From an uncultured Janthinobacterium sp. (GTDB lineage Bacteria > Vulcanimicrobiota > Vulcanimicrobiia > Vulcanimicrobiales > Vulcanimicrobiaceae): 17,568 bases of DNA. Positions 16,124-17,568 of this stretch are shown piece by piece. The stretch covers positions 1-17,568 of the forward strand of contig CAZZXB010000060.1 in assembly GCA_964658025.1 (NCBI GenBank). Direction: 5' to 3'. Below the pieces are notes generated by a model. That model did not search any database. It was not told where the DNA came from and saw only the letters and a list, made by a program, of their open reading frames with translations. How positions within the stretch are numbered: the first letter of the stretch is position 1; each line of letters starts with the position of its first letter. A program made the translations under genes and the position numbers.

Positions 16124-17568
16124 GTGAAAACGACGGTATGGATCGCGGGCGATCAAGTCTCGCCGCACAATTCGGCGCTAGCGGACTGCGACAAAGCGAC
16201 GACCGTCGTCCTCATGATCGAATCGATGCCGCGCTCGGCCGAGCGTCCGCACCACAAGCGCAAGCTCGTCCTCATCTTCGCCGCGCTCCGCGGATTCGCG
16301 GACGATTTGAGACGCGCCGGCTGGACCGTCGATTTCCGCGAGGCCTGCGAGGATCCGGACGCCGCGCTCGCCGATCACGTGCGGACGCACGCGCCCGAGC
16401 GGTTTCGCACGATGACGCAGACGCACTGCGGTCTCGACGACGTCATGCGCGCGCAGGTCGAGGCGCTCGGAAAACCGCTCGACGTCACGCCGCATTGTAA
16501 CTTCGTGTCGACGGCGGAAGAGTTCGCGGAGCTCTTCGCGCGCGGCGCCGCGCGCGTGACGATGGAGACGTTCTATCGGCGGATGCGTCGCAAGACGGGC
16601 TTTCTCATGGACGGCGACGGGCCGCTCGGCGGAACGTGGAATCTCGATGCGGAGAATCGCAAGCCGCCCAAGCGCGGCATGCGCTTTCCGGACGAGCCCG
16701 AGGTGCCGCTGCGCCCGCACGCGCGCGCGGCGGTCGCGCTCGTCGAACGCCGCTTCCCGGACCATCCGGGCTCGACCGACGATTTCGACATCCCGACGAC
16801 GCGCGCCGACGCACTCGCCTACGCCGACGACTTCTTCGCGCACCGACTCGCCGCGTTCGGTCCCTACGAGGACGCGATGCTCGCGGGCGAACTGCGGCTC
16901 AACCACTCGCGTCTCTCGGCGCTGATCAATATCGGCCTCCTGCATCCGGCCGAGCTCTGCGAGCGCGCCGAGGTGGCGCTCCGCGCGGGCGACGCGCCGC
17001 TGCAATCGGTCGAGGGGTTCGTGCGCCAACTCATCGGGTGGCGCGAGTTCATCTGGCAGACGTATCGACGGCTGATGCCCGAGTACCGGACGCGCAACGC
17101 GCTGAAGGCGACGCTTCCGGTCCCCACGTTCTTCCGCGACGGCGAAACCGAGATGTTCTGCATCGCCGAGACGATGCGCTTCGTGCTCGCGCGCGGGTAC
17201 GCACACCACATCATGCGCTTGATGATCCTCGGCAACTTCGCGCTCGTCGCCGGGATCGAGCCGCAGGCCGCGACCGACTGGTTTTGGGAGATGTTCGTCG
17301 ACGGTTGGGATTGGGTGATGGTGCCCAACGTCGTCGGCATGACGTTGCACGCCGACGGCGGGATCGTCGGCACGAAGCCGTACGCCGCTTCGGCCAACTA
17401 CATCAATAAGATGTCCGATTTCTGCGGCCGATGCCGTTACGATCCCAAAGCGGTCGTCGGCGACGACGCCTGTCCGTACAATTCGCTCTATTGGGATTTC
17501 ATCGCCCGCAACGAAACGCGTTTCGCGCGCAATCCGCGGATGTCGCTGCCGTTACGGAACTGGTCGGC
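16124..17568 (+). CDS. FeS-cluster cryptochrome/(6-4) photolyase, PhrB/CryB class; runs off the right edge, not in the ORF track
   Basis: GTG 16124 gives MKTTVWIAGDQ...HHKRKLVLIFAALRGFA; GGTWNLDAENR, FGPYEDAM, EGFVRQLIGWREF, GYAHHIMRLM, DGWDWVMVPNV, TKPYAASANYINKMSDFCGRC...ACPYNSLYWDF. Four Cys codons at 17159, 17423, 17432 and 17471. Confidence 0.93.
   Translation, partial: MKTTVWIAGDQVSPHNSALADCDKATTVVLMIESMPRSAERPHHKRKLVLIFAALRGFADDLRRAGWTVDFREACEDPDAALADHVRTHAPERFRTMTQTHCGLDDVMRAQVEALGKPLDVTPHCNFVSTAEEFAELFARGAARVTMETFYRRMRRKTGFLMDGDGPLGGTWNLDAENRKPPKRGMRFPDEPEVPLRPHARAAVALVERRFPDHPGSTDDFDIPTTRADALAYADDFFAHRLAAFGPYEDAMLAGELRLNHSRLSALINIGLLHPAELCERAEVALRAGDAPLQSVEGFVRQLIGWREFIWQTYRRLMPEYRTRNALKATLPVPTFFRDGETEMFCIAETMRFVLARGYAHHIMRLMILGNFALVAGIEPQAATDWFWEMFVDGWDWVMVPNVVGMTLHADGGIVGTKPYAASANYINKMSDFCGRCRYDPKAVVGDDACPYNSLYWDFIARNETRFARNPRMSLPLRNWS

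Noticed and set aside
42..17409. Many long Arg/Ala-rich overlapping or antisense ORFs in the track (e.g. 1411-2886, 3191-4465, 10008-11645, 11111-12550, 12946-14379, 16178-17350)
   Set aside because: These are shadow frames of real genes in GC-rich DNA where stop codons are scarce; they show no recognisable motifs.
1..17568. tRNA, rRNA, CRISPR array, transposase or integrase
   Set aside because: I saw no cloverleaf, repeat-spacer periodicity or recombinase motifs; intergenic gaps are all about 110 bp or shorter.

Overview
High-GC (about 70% by eye) bacterial chromosomal segment with tightly packed genes and no RNA genes, CRISPR array or transposase that I can see. The left part, on the minus strand, is an overlapping bacteriochlorophyll-biosynthesis operon: bchN-bchB-bchG-bchP, then an uncalled 52-aa single-TM ORF, then ilvE. 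The organism is therefore very probably an anoxygenic phototroph. The gene order is not the proteobacterial photosynthesis-cluster order, and bchL is not in the window. A phototrophic Eremiobacterota/Vulcanimicrobiota-like host is my inference only. Upstream of bchN are a CRP/FNR-type palindrome (CGTGA-N6-TCACG) at class II activator spacing from a -10 box, and an RsbW-type anti-sigma gene preceded by an exact SigB/SigF-type promoter (GTTT-N17-GGGTAT). A 13/14-identical copy of the palindrome lies between an ABC permease and a membrane PAS-GGDEF-EAL gene. The rest of the window holds a cyclophilin, a class A beta-lactamase-like serine hydrolase, an Amidase_3, a three-gene ABC-2 exporter split by two intervening genes (a flavoprotein disulfide reductase and the GGDEF-EAL gene), and a partial FeS-cluster cryptochrome/(6-4) photolyase of the PhrB/CryB class at the right edge.
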